Assembly: GCA_964627085.1 (NCBI GenBank)
Contig: CAZVIP010000006.1
Span: 1-47,499 of the forward strand
Source of the DNA: an uncultured Candidatus Saccharibacteria bacterium
GTDB lineage: Bacteria; Patescibacteriota; Minisyncoccia; Phycocordibacterales; CAIZLB01
Direction: 5' to 3'
Length of the DNA: 47,499 bases
A program made the position numbers and the translations under genes. The notes beneath the pieces were generated by a model that searched no databases, was not told the origin of the DNA, and saw only the letters and a list, made by a program, of their open reading frames with translations. Shown piece by piece: positions 19,460-28,182 of the stretch (the first letter of the stretch is position 1; each line of letters opens with the position of its first letter).

Positions 19460-19468
19460 AGTATAACA
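19460..19468 (-). promoter_or_regulatory. Extended -10 promoter for the T-box/aspS leader
   Basis: TGtTATACT on the minus strand about 19 nt upstream of Stem I. Confidence 0.65.
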
Positions 19469-19490
19469 GATGTTTTTAGGATGTCTTCTA

Positions 19491-19519
19491 TTGACAATAT
19501 CACATATATGGTGTATTAT
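19491..19519 (+). promoter_or_regulatory. sigma70 promoter, divergent from the aspS promoter
   Basis: TTGACA (19491-19496), 17-nt spacer, TATTAT (19514-19519). Confidence 0.75.
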
Positions 19520-19624
19520 ATATATGTAAAGTTCTTTGACTTCTGCATCGTTACACATGGCTCAAAGTAATCATAATTTGATTATTTCGAGCCATGTGTA
19601 ACTACCCTCGTGGCACCCACAACC

Positions 19625-20005
19625 ATGAAAAAAACAGAAAAGGAATATGGATTTTACAAGTCAAAAGGCCAGAAATTGTCGATGAGACTTGACCGTCTCA
19701 GGAGCAAACTCCAAGCATTAGAGTATTATGTTGATGCATCAGAGCTGTCTCTCCCATCAGATTTGAAATGGTATTCAGATCAAAAAAGATGGTTCAGGAC
19801 TGCAAAAGACTCAAGTGATCGTGAGACAATGGTTGGCCTCTTCTCATCAGTTCGAGAAGAAGCAAATGGCTTATTCATCTATCAAGGTGAGATAAGCAAG
19901 GCCAAAGAGCAAATCAAAATGCTCAAAATCATAATTCCCAGATTGATGCTTAAGAGAGCATTGATTAAACAAGAGGCGAAATACTTCGCAGATCTTGGTT
20001 GGTAA
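19625..20005 (+). CDS. Hypothetical basic, helical protein
   Basis: ATG at 19625 (alternative GTG 19610); flanked by a promoter and a terminator. Confidence 0.7.
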   Translation: MKKTEKEYGFYKSKGQKLSMRLDRLRSKLQALEYYVDASELSLPSDLKWYSDQKRWFRTAKDSSDRETMVGLFSSVREEANGLFIYQGEISKAKEQIKMLKIIIPRLMLKRALIKQEAKYFADLGW

Positions 20006-20137
20006 TTAGGTTAGTTTTGGTAAATTGTAAAAGATTTACTCAGGTTTAGTTTCAAGAGAATGGTTAGTCAAAAGGAGTGATGCAGAATCACAGTAATTAG
20101 TTAGTACCCCATTTGTTTCAAGCGATTGAAACAAAAT

Positions 20138-20176
20138 GACCGGCGCGTGTTAATTCACAGAGCTGGTCTTTTTTTT
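20138..20176 (+). terminator. Intrinsic terminator
   Basis: gaccggc...gctggtc stem followed by T8; preceded by a second hairpin tttgtttcaa/ttgaaacaaa (20112-20135). Confidence 0.7.
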
Positions 20177-20236
20177 GTCTGCTATATTCTAGAACTGCAT
20201 CTAATTCTTCGGGTATTAGGTAGAACAAAATGTCTA

Positions 20237-20710
20237 CTATTTACTCATATCCGCGATAGATTTTGGAATGACAGTCATGTGATCTTTACCTTTAATGGTT
20301 TTATGTTTTGAGCCTTTGATCGTTTTGGCAATAATCTGCGCGCCAACTTTCATAAAAGGATCCTCGTCTCCGCCAGTGTAGATGAAAACTGGACATTTCA
20401 CATTTGGAATTGGAACAAACTCCACAAACCTAGCCTTCATGTTCTTGGTCGGGTATTTCTTGTATAACTCGAGAAACTCAAAAAAGATTGGAGTTGGTGA
20501 ATACAAATGCAATTCTTTTGGTGGTGTCTTGCTCGCAACCATAAGTGCGACTGCTCCACCTATTGAGTGTCCAATAAGAATGTCGTCTTTTGAAACTTGC
20601 ACAAGGTCACACCAACCTTGAATAGTCTTAGTTTTCCACGACAAAGGAATGGCTTGAATATTCTTTTTTAATTTGTATTTGTCTGCACTTAGTGCAATGA
20701 ATTTTTTCAT
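20237..20710 (-). CDS. Small alpha/beta hydrolase
   Basis: GHSIGG nucleophile elbow, GGDED acid, KDH histidine; ATG at 20710 lies 10 nt after the trpS stop. Confidence 0.8.
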   Translation of the reverse strand: MKKFIALSADKYKLKKNIQAIPLSWKTKTIQGWCDLVQVSKDDILIGHSIGGAVALMVASKTPPKELHLYSPTPIFFEFLELYKKYPTKNMKARFVEFVPIPNVKCPVFIYTGGDEDPFMKVGAQIIAKTIKGSKHKTIKGKDHMTVIPKSIADMSK

Positions 20711-20720
20711 AGTAGTGCAA

Positions 20721-21737
20721 TTACACCACCAACCCACACTTCTCACGGAATTTTTGCATAGTGTCTGCGGTGAGGTTGCGGACGCGCTCTGCATTGTCGC
20801 GAAGCATTTGGCGAACTGTTTCTGGGTCCTTTGCGATTTCTTCTCTTCGGTCACGCATTGGTTTGATGAATTCAATCAAGTCTTCAATCAATGTTTCCTT
20901 GAGCATTTTATACTTCCCTTTATTTGCATTGTAGAGTTCATCGAGAGAGTTTTTGTCTCGTACAAGTTTGTGAATATTGTATACATTTTCTGGTATACCT
21001 GTGATTTTTCCAGATGCAATGTCAGCTGCAGAGCCTGAGTCTGTTGTGATAGACATGACGAGTCTGCGGATATCTTCATCACTGGAGAAAAGAGGAATGT
21101 GATTATTGTAACTCTTGCTCATCTTTTGCCCGTCAACACCTGGGACCGTTTCTACTTCTTCGAGTATCATGGCAACCGGTTCGATGAAGACTCCCTGTCC
21201 CCTCTTTTCGGTTTCGGTTGCATTTGCGTGTACGCCACAAAATTGTCTATTGAATTTTTCTGCTATATCGCGAGCCATCTCAACGTGCTGACGCTGGTCC
21301 TTGCCTACGGGCACGATGTCTGTACCGTGAATCAATATGTCAGCTGCCATAAGTATTGGATATGTGAAAAGCCCTACATTTGCCTCTTTGCCCCGTGCGA
21401 CTTTGTCCTTATATGCATGTGCTTGTGAAAGATATGGCATAGTCGTAATGCAACTCAAAACCCAAGCCATCTCCGTTACCTCAGGAAGATCTGATTGTTT
21501 AAAGATAAGTACTTCTTTTGGGTCAAGGCCGATTGCAAGATAATCAATTGCAAGATCGAGTGTATTTTGTGCAAGCTCTGGTCCGTTTTGAATTGATGTG
21601 AGTGCGTGCAAATCTACAATGACAGCTCTGGTGTCATATTCTGTTTGTTTGTCCACGAGTTGCTTCATGGTTCCAAAATAGTTACCAAGGTGTGGTCTGC
21701 CTGTTGGTTGTATGCCGGTGAGAAATATCTTTTTCAT
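20721..21737 (-). CDS. trpS: Tryptophan--tRNA ligase
   Basis: TGIQPTG.PHLGNY, YPILMAADIL, VPVGKDQRQH, KMSKS; start corrected to MKKIF. Confidence 0.96.
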   Translation of the reverse strand: MKKIFLTGIQPTGRPHLGNYFGTMKQLVDKQTEYDTRAVIVDLHALTSIQNGPELAQNTLDLAIDYLAIGLDPKEVLIFKQSDLPEVTEMAWVLSCITTMPYLSQAHAYKDKVARGKEANVGLFTYPILMAADILIHGTDIVPVGKDQRQHVEMARDIAEKFNRQFCGVHANATETEKRGQGVFIEPVAMILEEVETVPGVDGQKMSKSYNNHIPLFSSDEDIRRLVMSITTDSGSAADIASGKITGIPENVYNIHKLVRDKNSLDELYNANKGKYKMLKETLIEDLIEFIKPMRDRREEIAKDPETVRQMLRDNAERVRNLTADTMQKFREKCGLVV

Positions 21738-21844
21738 ATATATGTTTAAATTTAATCTAATATAGCACAAGGAAACACAGAATAAAATGCCCAGTATGGG
21801 CTATGTGGTCAAAATCTGGCTATATAGCGCCCTAAAATAGAGGT

Positions 21845-23437
21845 CTATACCAAATCGAGTTCGATAAAGAATGTCGCACCCTTGCCCTGACCTGGTGATT
21901 CCGCCCAAATTTTACCGTTATGGGCTTCAATCATTTTCTTTGCAACATAGAGACCGAGTCCTGTTCCCAGGATATTTGTCTTTGATGCATCAGGTGCACG
22001 CGTGAACTTAGCAAAAAGTTTTGGAAGTACGTCCTGGTGAATTCCCACGCCAGTATCTGATATTGAGACCAATACTTTATTTCCTTGTTTAGGAGAAAGC
22101 CAAATGTGGATTCCTCCCGTCGGCGTATATTTGATTGAGTTGTCTACAAGGTTGCTGATCACTTGTTTGATTTTGCCTTTATCCGCATTGATGCTAAATG
22201 GCTTATTGTCATTGCTTGCTGTAATGTCGAAATCAAGTGTGAGGTGAGCGTTTTCAACATTTGGCTTTAGTTCATTAACAACAGATTGTACGAGTTCTTT
22301 GAGGTCAAAAGTAGAAAAATCATATTGCATTCTTCCTTGTTCAATTCGTGATACATCAAGATAGTCACCCACTACAACCACGAGGTCCTGTGTGGACTTA
22401 TATATTTTCTCTACAGCGTCTTTAACTGTGTCACTCATTTCTCCAAAGTCTCCCTCGAGAAGCATAGAACCATACCCTTTAATTGCAGTAAGTGGTCCAC
22501 GAAGCTGGTGACTCGCCAAGGATACGAATTCTGTTTTTTGCGCATCAAGTTCTTTGAGGCGGTCGTTGGCGACGGCGAGATCGCGTGCGAGTGTCTCAAC
22601 TTCTTGTCTGATTTTAACCTCTTTGTTTACACTTCTAATCAAGAAATATGTAATAAATCCGGCTAGTACAAACACTGCGAAGCTAGTTGTCCATTCTGCG
22701 AGCTGTGTCGAACGAAGGAGGTTAAATAACAATACGAGCAACAATCCAGTTGAGAAAAGCTGGGCAGAAATAACTTTTGTACTTAATAATTTGTATTTAA
22801 GCACGCCGTATACCATGAAAATGATATAGATGATGATGAGGTAGTTACCAAACGGATAGATATTGAAAATTTGTGGAAAGAAGTCCGTAAACCCACCAAT
22901 GTATCCAATCATTCCACTTAAGATTGTGTTTCGAATTTGTGCATGCTGAAGAATGCTGTTTCTTGACTTTACATATCCATATAACAAATAACCAAAAGAA
23001 ATAAGTACACCCACTGCAAAGTAAGCCGGAAATACCCAGTAATATGGACCTGGATTAATCCAGTAGAAATCAAACTGCTGTGTGACTCCGTGTTTGAATA
23101 GTGGTGTTGCGGAAAAAATAATCATCCCGATCGCCACGGCCCAGGACGCTCTTAGTAAATAATCATTTTTAATATTTAAGAGTGCAAATGTAAATCGTAG
23201 ATATAGAAGCGGAATGAAAATTGCAGAGATATCGAGCGTATATTGCCAAACCGTTGCTACGCTCGCAGAGGCGGTAGATGTTACAGCAAAAAGACTAAGT
23301 GCCCAAGCAGAAAATGCTAGAGAAAAAGCAAACCACGATCTGTTGATATTGTTCTTACTATCAGACCGGTAAACGATTGTACTAAATACAATACTACTAA
23401 GACATAGTATGAGACTTGAAAGACTAAATGCACTCAT
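21845..23437 (-). CDS. Membrane sensor histidine kinase (7TM-type input, HisKA + HATPase)
   Basis: Multiple N-terminal TMs; H-box ASHQLRGPL, N-box NLVDNSIKYT, DTGVGI, GTGLGL. Confidence 0.93.
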   Translation of the reverse strand: MSAFSLSSLILCLSSIVFSTIVYRSDSKNNINRSWFAFSLAFSAWALSLFAVTSTASASVATVWQYTLDISAIFIPLLYLRFTFALLNIKNDYLLRASWAVAIGMIIFSATPLFKHGVTQQFDFYWINPGPYYWVFPAYFAVGVLISFGYLLYGYVKSRNSILQHAQIRNTILSGMIGYIGGFTDFFPQIFNIYPFGNYLIIIYIIFMVYGVLKYKLLSTKVISAQLFSTGLLLVLLFNLLRSTQLAEWTTSFAVFVLAGFITYFLIRSVNKEVKIRQEVETLARDLAVANDRLKELDAQKTEFVSLASHQLRGPLTAIKGYGSMLLEGDFGEMSDTVKDAVEKIYKSTQDLVVVVGDYLDVSRIEQGRMQYDFSTFDLKELVQSVVNELKPNVENAHLTLDFDITASNDNKPFSINADKGKIKQVISNLVDNSIKYTPTGGIHIWLSPKQGNKVLVSISDTGVGIHQDVLPKLFAKFTRAPDASKTNILGTGLGLYVAKKMIEAHNGKIWAESPGQGKGATFFIELDLV

Positions 23438-23440
23438 GTA

Positions 23441-24169
23441 TTAAAAGTATATCACAGGCCAATTCGCTTCATGTGCAAATTCCTCTAAAAGTATACGAGG
23501 CTTAACCGCAACCGGCTCCCCTACAAGTTGTAGCATTGCAACATCTGAGTAGTGATCTGATAGTGCTGTTGATTTAGACAAATCAATTGACTCATCTTTT
23601 GCAAGTTTGATAAGTGTGTCAGCCTTCACTTGGCCATACATTAATTCTCCATCAATTTTTCCTGTACACACCGCATCTGCATCGACAGATAACTTCGTGC
23701 AAAAATATCTTGAAATATCATTATTTTTAGCCACAGCTTGCACAACTGGCTCAACTGAGTTTGAAATGAGTATAAGCTCATATCCTCTTTGTTTTAGATT
23801 CTTTATATAATCCTTTGCCTTGTCCGTGATTCTGTCATTGAGTTCTGTTTGATAAAACTCATCCGCTAATTCATTTAATCTCGCAAGCGGTATTTTTTTG
23901 GAAAAAGAGACAGCTTTTACATAAACACTTTCTACGCTATTTGTGATATTGGTTTTATATAAAATAAACCACACAAAGACTTTCACCATAAAGAAAAAAG
24001 GGATAATTTTTTTCTTGTTCAAATATTGAACAAATAATTGTCCTGATTGTCCATCAAGTAGACAGTCATCCAAATCTATGGCTGCAATTTTTTTAACCGC
24101 CACCTCTTCTGGTGCGATAATGTTATCAGTACTATTCTCCTGTGTTTCTTGTGTATTAGTTTGATTCAT
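23441..24169 (-). CDS. HAD-IB family phosphatase (SerB-like)
   Basis: DLDDCL motif I, LISNS motif II, K in GQVK, SDHYSD motif IV. Confidence 0.88.
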   Translation of the reverse strand: MNQTNTQETQENSTDNIIAPEEVAVKKIAAIDLDDCLLDGQSGQLFVQYLNKKKIIPFFFMVKVFVWFILYKTNITNSVESVYVKAVSFSKKIPLARLNELADEFYQTELNDRITDKAKDYIKNLKQRGYELILISNSVEPVVQAVAKNNDISRYFCTKLSVDADAVCTGKIDGELMYGQVKADTLIKLAKDESIDLSKSTALSDHYSDVAMLQLVGEPVAVKPRILLEEFAHEANWPVIYF

Positions 24170-24890
24170 TTGTGATTATCTTTTTAAGCTCACCAGTTCT
24201 AGCCGTCTCTAGGTGATCAAATTGATAGTGTGGATATTTTTTGTTTGAAAGAGTTTCAATCTCCTGAATAATTTTTTCTGTGATAAATCTGCAGATATCC
24301 CTGTCATCATGCTTACCGTGATATTCAGTGAAATCAATCGGCTCACCAATATATAGTCCAATTTGCTTTTTAAATGAAAGCTTTCCGCCTTTTGGCATAA
24401 CATCGTATGCTCCAATAATACCAACTGGTACGACAGGTACCTTATGTTCGAGTGCATATTTGGCTACGCCAGTATATGCCTTAACCATTTCATCTTTGTG
24501 AGGTGATCTTGTTCCTTCTGGAAAAATACCTATAGTCTTCTCTTGTTCAAGTAGTTTGCGCACACTTTGGTGCACAGCATCTTTGTTTTGCTCTGTGCGA
24601 GGCACTTTAATCTGACCAGTTGAAATCATTAGTATTCGCCACAATTTATGAGAAAAGAATTTCTCCGCAGACAAAAAATGGATATTCTTCGGAAAAACAG
24701 ATGACAATGACAAGAAGTCAAAAAAGCTCTGATGATTCGCAGCTACGATAAAAGGCTTTTTAGGTAAATTCTTGTTTTTATATGCAACCTCTTTTACCCA
24801 AATAAACCTGATTAGTCTTCCGACTGTGTTTCTAATAAGTGAGTATGTAAAAGAGATAAATCTGCTTTGTGGCTCTAGGTATTTTTTCAT
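24156..24890 (-). CDS. Lysophospholipid acyltransferase (PlsC family)
   Basis: NHQSFFD (HX4D), FPEGTRS, VPVVPVGI. Confidence 0.92.
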   Translation of the reverse strand: MKKYLEPQSRFISFTYSLIRNTVGRLIRFIWVKEVAYKNKNLPKKPFIVAANHQSFFDFLSLSSVFPKNIHFLSAEKFFSHKLWRILMISTGQIKVPRTEQNKDAVHQSVRKLLEQEKTIGIFPEGTRSPHKDEMVKAYTGVAKYALEHKVPVVPVGIIGAYDVMPKGGKLSFKKQIGLYIGEPIDFTEYHGKHDDRDICRFITEKIIQEIETLSNKKYPHYQFDHLETARTGELKKIITNESN

Positions 24891-24986
24891 TTCTGTATTA
24901 CTGCTTTGTGAAATTTATTAAATGTATTTACATAATAACATTAAAAATTTCATTTTGTTTAAATTGATAAAATTTAAGTATTAGTA

Positions 24987-25012
24987 ATGGCCCAGCGCGA
25001 ACGCTGGGCCAT
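24987..25012 (-). terminator. Terminator-like hairpin after the hydrolase gene
   Basis: 11-bp perfect stem atggcccagcg/cgctgggccat with UUCG loop on the minus strand; weak U tract. Confidence 0.6.
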
Positions 25013-25066
25013 GTTCCCTGAATACGGTCAGGTGCCTCGAATTTCGAATCGTGCCTGTCGGACCTC

Positions 25067-25765
25067 TTATGCTTTGGCCTTAAGCCAGCGAATGATCCGT
25101 TCAGCTACACCTACGTGTTGATTGATGCCTGCAGGATTGTCCAGTGGTGGCAACATTGGATAGTGGTCCGTGCACGGGAGTGCCCAGTGCATGAACCCTT
25201 GAAATGTTGCCCACTTTTGGGTAGCGGGACCACACGAAGGGTCATCCATTCCTGTGATGAGGAGCCGACGATCTGTTTGTGGCTTCGAAATCCGGTGGAA
25301 TTGGAAGATTGACCGGACCAAGCTCCCGGGACTTGTTGCGATACACTCTACGGGCAGTTTCCTCCCGAATAGTGCTTCACAATCCGCAGGGCTGGGCACA
25401 AACTCCTCCTTGCCTTTCTTTCCCAAAATCATTTTCAGATATTCAGGGCGAAGGGTTTTGATGGCTGACTTGAATGGAACCCGGAGCGGGTTTGCCGCCG
25501 CAGGAGCAATTAGAGCGAGGTGTGTAACCCTGCTGCTGAATGCACTGGCTTCTCTTGCGAGTAGGCCGCCGAATGAATGGCCGATGAGGGCGCATTCGCT
25601 CAGCTCTGCAATCATTCCGGTCAGACGAAGCGTTGCCTCATGAAATGAGGTGCACTTGGCTGGGTCGAAGTTTACGACCCGGTGCCCAGCGCCCTCAAAT
25701 ACAGGTTTCCATTGGTTGAAGATTGCGGGTGTTGACCACAATCCGTTAACAAGCAATACGTTCAT
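25067..25765 (-). CDS. Alpha/beta fold hydrolase (esterase/lipase-like), GC-richer than its neighbours
   Basis: VNGLW oxyanion region, GHSFGG, GMDD, DHYPM. Confidence 0.88.
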   Translation of the reverse strand: MNVLLVNGLWSTPAIFNQWKPVFEGAGHRVVNFDPAKCTSFHEATLRLTGMIAELSECALIGHSFGGLLAREASAFSSRVTHLALIAPAAANPLRVPFKSAIKTLRPEYLKMILGKKGKEEFVPSPADCEALFGRKLPVECIATSPGSLVRSIFQFHRISKPQTDRRLLITGMDDPSCGPATQKWATFQGFMHWALPCTDHYPMLPPLDNPAGINQHVGVAERIIRWLKAKA

Positions 25766-25842
25766 TTTTTCAAAGGTCCTTTCTGTACCTCTGGGTTTGT
25801 TGTTGTGTTTTGTGTCAGGTGTATATCCTAACTCCGTTATAT

Positions 25843-25871
25843 ATTATAGTACAAAAGTGTTCAAAAGTCAA
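25843..25871 (-). promoter_or_regulatory. sigma70 promoter for the hydrolase
   Basis: TTGACT, 17-nt spacer, TATAAT on the minus strand. Confidence 0.75.
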
Positions 25872-25974
25872 TATACGATGCCGAATGGTGGAGGGTAGGT
25901 ATTTTTGCTATGTAATTTACCTCTAATATTAGCCATGCGCTAATCGCAGTGATTTAAGTGATATAATTTTATAT

Positions 25975-26556
25975 ATGATTCAATTCAATCAAGTTACATG
26001 GTATTCAAAATTAGCATCACTAATAGTTCTCTTAATCGCATTGCCTATAATTACTTTTTTTATCGGTGCGAAATATCAAGATAATAAAAACTTTTTTAAA
26101 GCTGAGGTTCAAAAAGAACAGGATCTTATAGCAAGAAATGAAATGCTCGCGAGAGATATGAGACAGCAGATGGAAGATGGTGTCACCTCTCCTGCCCTCG
26201 AAGGAAGTCATAGTCTTATTGTTGGTGATGCAAATTATATTCTTGTATTACCTAATACTGAGTTTTCCGTATGCCCGGTATTAGTTACGGTTATGGATTC
26301 AGCTAAACTTGCAAGTCAAAAGACAAATAAAAATCAGGTCACAAGCAAGGCGCTTTGCGATTTTAATTTAGATGGTAAGGATTTCAAGCTTGCTCAAGAT
26401 AGTGTGACTGATATCTCTTTTTCCAATATAAAGTATTCTGAAAAAAGCATAGTCTTCGACACTGAGATTGACTTGTTGTCTCCTACCATTACTGCATATA
26501 CATGTACTCTCACAGACTTTGCTACAGCAAAACCTGTCTGTATTGCAAGTAAATAA
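25975..26556 (+). CDS. Hypothetical membrane-anchored exported protein
   Basis: N-terminal TM (SKLASLIVLLIALPIITFFIG); four Cys in the C-terminal domain; TGaTATAAT just upstream. Confidence 0.75.
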   Translation: MIQFNQVTWYSKLASLIVLLIALPIITFFIGAKYQDNKNFFKAEVQKEQDLIARNEMLARDMRQQMEDGVTSPALEGSHSLIVGDANYILVLPNTEFSVCPVLVTVMDSAKLASQKTNKNQVTSKALCDFNLDGKDFKLAQDSVTDISFSNIKYSEKSIVFDTEIDLLSPTITAYTCTLTDFATAKPVCIASK

Positions 26557-26633
26557 GCTTGTAGTTTTAGACAAGTCAGATAAAAAATTAGCTCAAATAG
26601 CTCAAAGAATTCAATGGTTGGCTGGCAGAAAAA

Positions 26634-27515
26634 CTAGTTTAAATTATAGAGTCCAACAACAGCGCTTCGCATATCCTCGGCAATTTGCTCCGGGGATTTT
26701 GTTTTGTCTGTGCTCAAAGGTTTTCCGATTTGGATTTCAATTTTTGGACGTAGCATGCCAAATTTTGCTGTGCGCTTAAATGCGACTGGTATGACTGTTA
26801 CATCTGTATTCTTGGCTAAAATAGCTGCACCCCATTTAAATGGTCCAATTGGATCTGGGTTTACACTGTTTGGTCGCCAAATTCTGCCTTCTGGATACAT
26901 AGAGACAGTTCCGCCGTGCTTGATTATTTCATAAGCTTTCTTGAGTGATTTTTCTGCACCTTCGCCTGGTGTAATTCGGAATACCCCGAAGAAAAGATAG
27001 ATGATGTCGACAATACCAATTTTCTTGAGGACTTTTAGAACCGGTACTCGAAATACTCTTGTTCCCATAAATCTAAATGGAAGTATTTTTGAAAAAGGAG
27101 GGACAAACAAATCGAATAAGAACGCATCGTACATGCCTATATGGTTTGAAATAAAAAGAAGTGGTCCTTTTTTGTCTTTTAGATGTTCTTTGCCTGATAT
27201 GTTAATCGTGAAGTAAGTTCTGAAAAAAATATTGAATATTGGTGAGAAGAAACTCTGTGTAAAATATGCAAATGTATCTTCAAAGAATAAGCCAAGATTT
27301 TTCTTTTTTGAAAAAGTGATTGACTTGAATTTTTCTAGAGAAAAATCGACAACCATAGAGTCATCGATTCCGTGTGAGAGTGTATTTTGTTGTGGGACAG
27401 TTTTAGGCTCAAGGCTGTAATCATTGTCTTGAGTGGCTGTTTCGGGGTTTATTGTAGTTTTTGTAATGTCTACATCCGTTATGGGTTCTGGCTGTGCTTT
27501 TGTTTCTGTAGGCAT
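26634..27515 (-). CDS. Second PlsC-family acyltransferase with N-terminal extension
   Basis: NHIGMYD (HX4D), YPEGR, FKWGAA, VIPVAF. Confidence 0.9.
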   Translation of the reverse strand: MPTETKAQPEPITDVDITKTTINPETATQDNDYSLEPKTVPQQNTLSHGIDDSMVVDFSLEKFKSITFSKKKNLGLFFEDTFAYFTQSFFSPIFNIFFRTYFTINISGKEHLKDKKGPLLFISNHIGMYDAFLFDLFVPPFSKILPFRFMGTRVFRVPVLKVLKKIGIVDIIYLFFGVFRITPGEGAEKSLKKAYEIIKHGGTVSMYPEGRIWRPNSVNPDPIGPFKWGAAILAKNTDVTVIPVAFKRTAKFGMLRPKIEIQIGKPLSTDKTKSPEQIAEDMRSAVVGLYNLN

Positions 27516-27621
27516 CTTGCTTTCGTATTTCTGTTTTACTTTAAATATCCTAAAAATGTATTAGTGCCTCAATTATGTATTAGTTTGGGCTTTTTCGCAA
27601 ATTAGGCGAAAAAGCAGCTGC

Positions 27622-28095
27622 CTATGCCCTACTAACTTTCCAGATAACCAATATTGGAGCAATGAGTGAAATGAGATATCCGGTATTTGATGTCCAGAAG
27701 TTTTGTGCCTTTGTACCAAGTTCAAAAATATCATATGTCGGTAGGACATGAAGTGAAAGTGCGACAAGTAAAATAACAAATGACGTGCTAATCAAAATAG
27801 CATTCACCCAACGTTGGATTCCGAAATGAAGGCTTTCATTCTGCATGATTTTCACAATGGAGAAAAAGACCAAAATAAAAATAACACCATACACAAGCGC
27901 ATGAGAATAAAATAATCCCGCACCCTTTGTCCCAAGAAAAAGAATATTTGCTTTGTTTGGTATTGCAGCGTATATCATTGACGCTGGATAGAAACTTACG
28001 ATAGATGTAAGTGTGATACGTGCACCTTTGAGGTGGCTAAGGAGCGTGAAGATGATAATTAAAACAACAACTATGATATTAATTAAACTAAGCAT
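27622..28095 (-). CDS. Hypothetical multi-pass membrane protein
   Basis: About 5 hydrophobic segments; TATAAT just upstream of the ATG. Confidence 0.75.
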   Translation of the reverse strand: MLSLINIIVVVLIIIFTLLSHLKGARITLTSIVSFYPASMIYAAIPNKANILFLGTKGAGLFYSHALVYGVIFILVFFSIVKIMQNESLHFGIQRWVNAILISTSFVILLVALSLHVLPTYDIFELGTKAQNFWTSNTGYLISLIAPILVIWKVSRA

Positions 28096-28182
28096 AAAGA
28101 AATTATATATCCTTATGCAATATTGTGAAAGGAATATCTTGTCCTATTCTTATTCTGTTTAGCATGTCGGTCTATTTTCTAT

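Noticed and set aside
19304-19570. 88-aa + strand ORF from the track
   Set aside because: Overlaps the T-box leader and two divergent promoters; no protein-like features.
20711-20875. N-terminal extension of the small hydrolase ORF
   Set aside because: Overlaps trpS in another frame; ATG 20710 is the plausible start.
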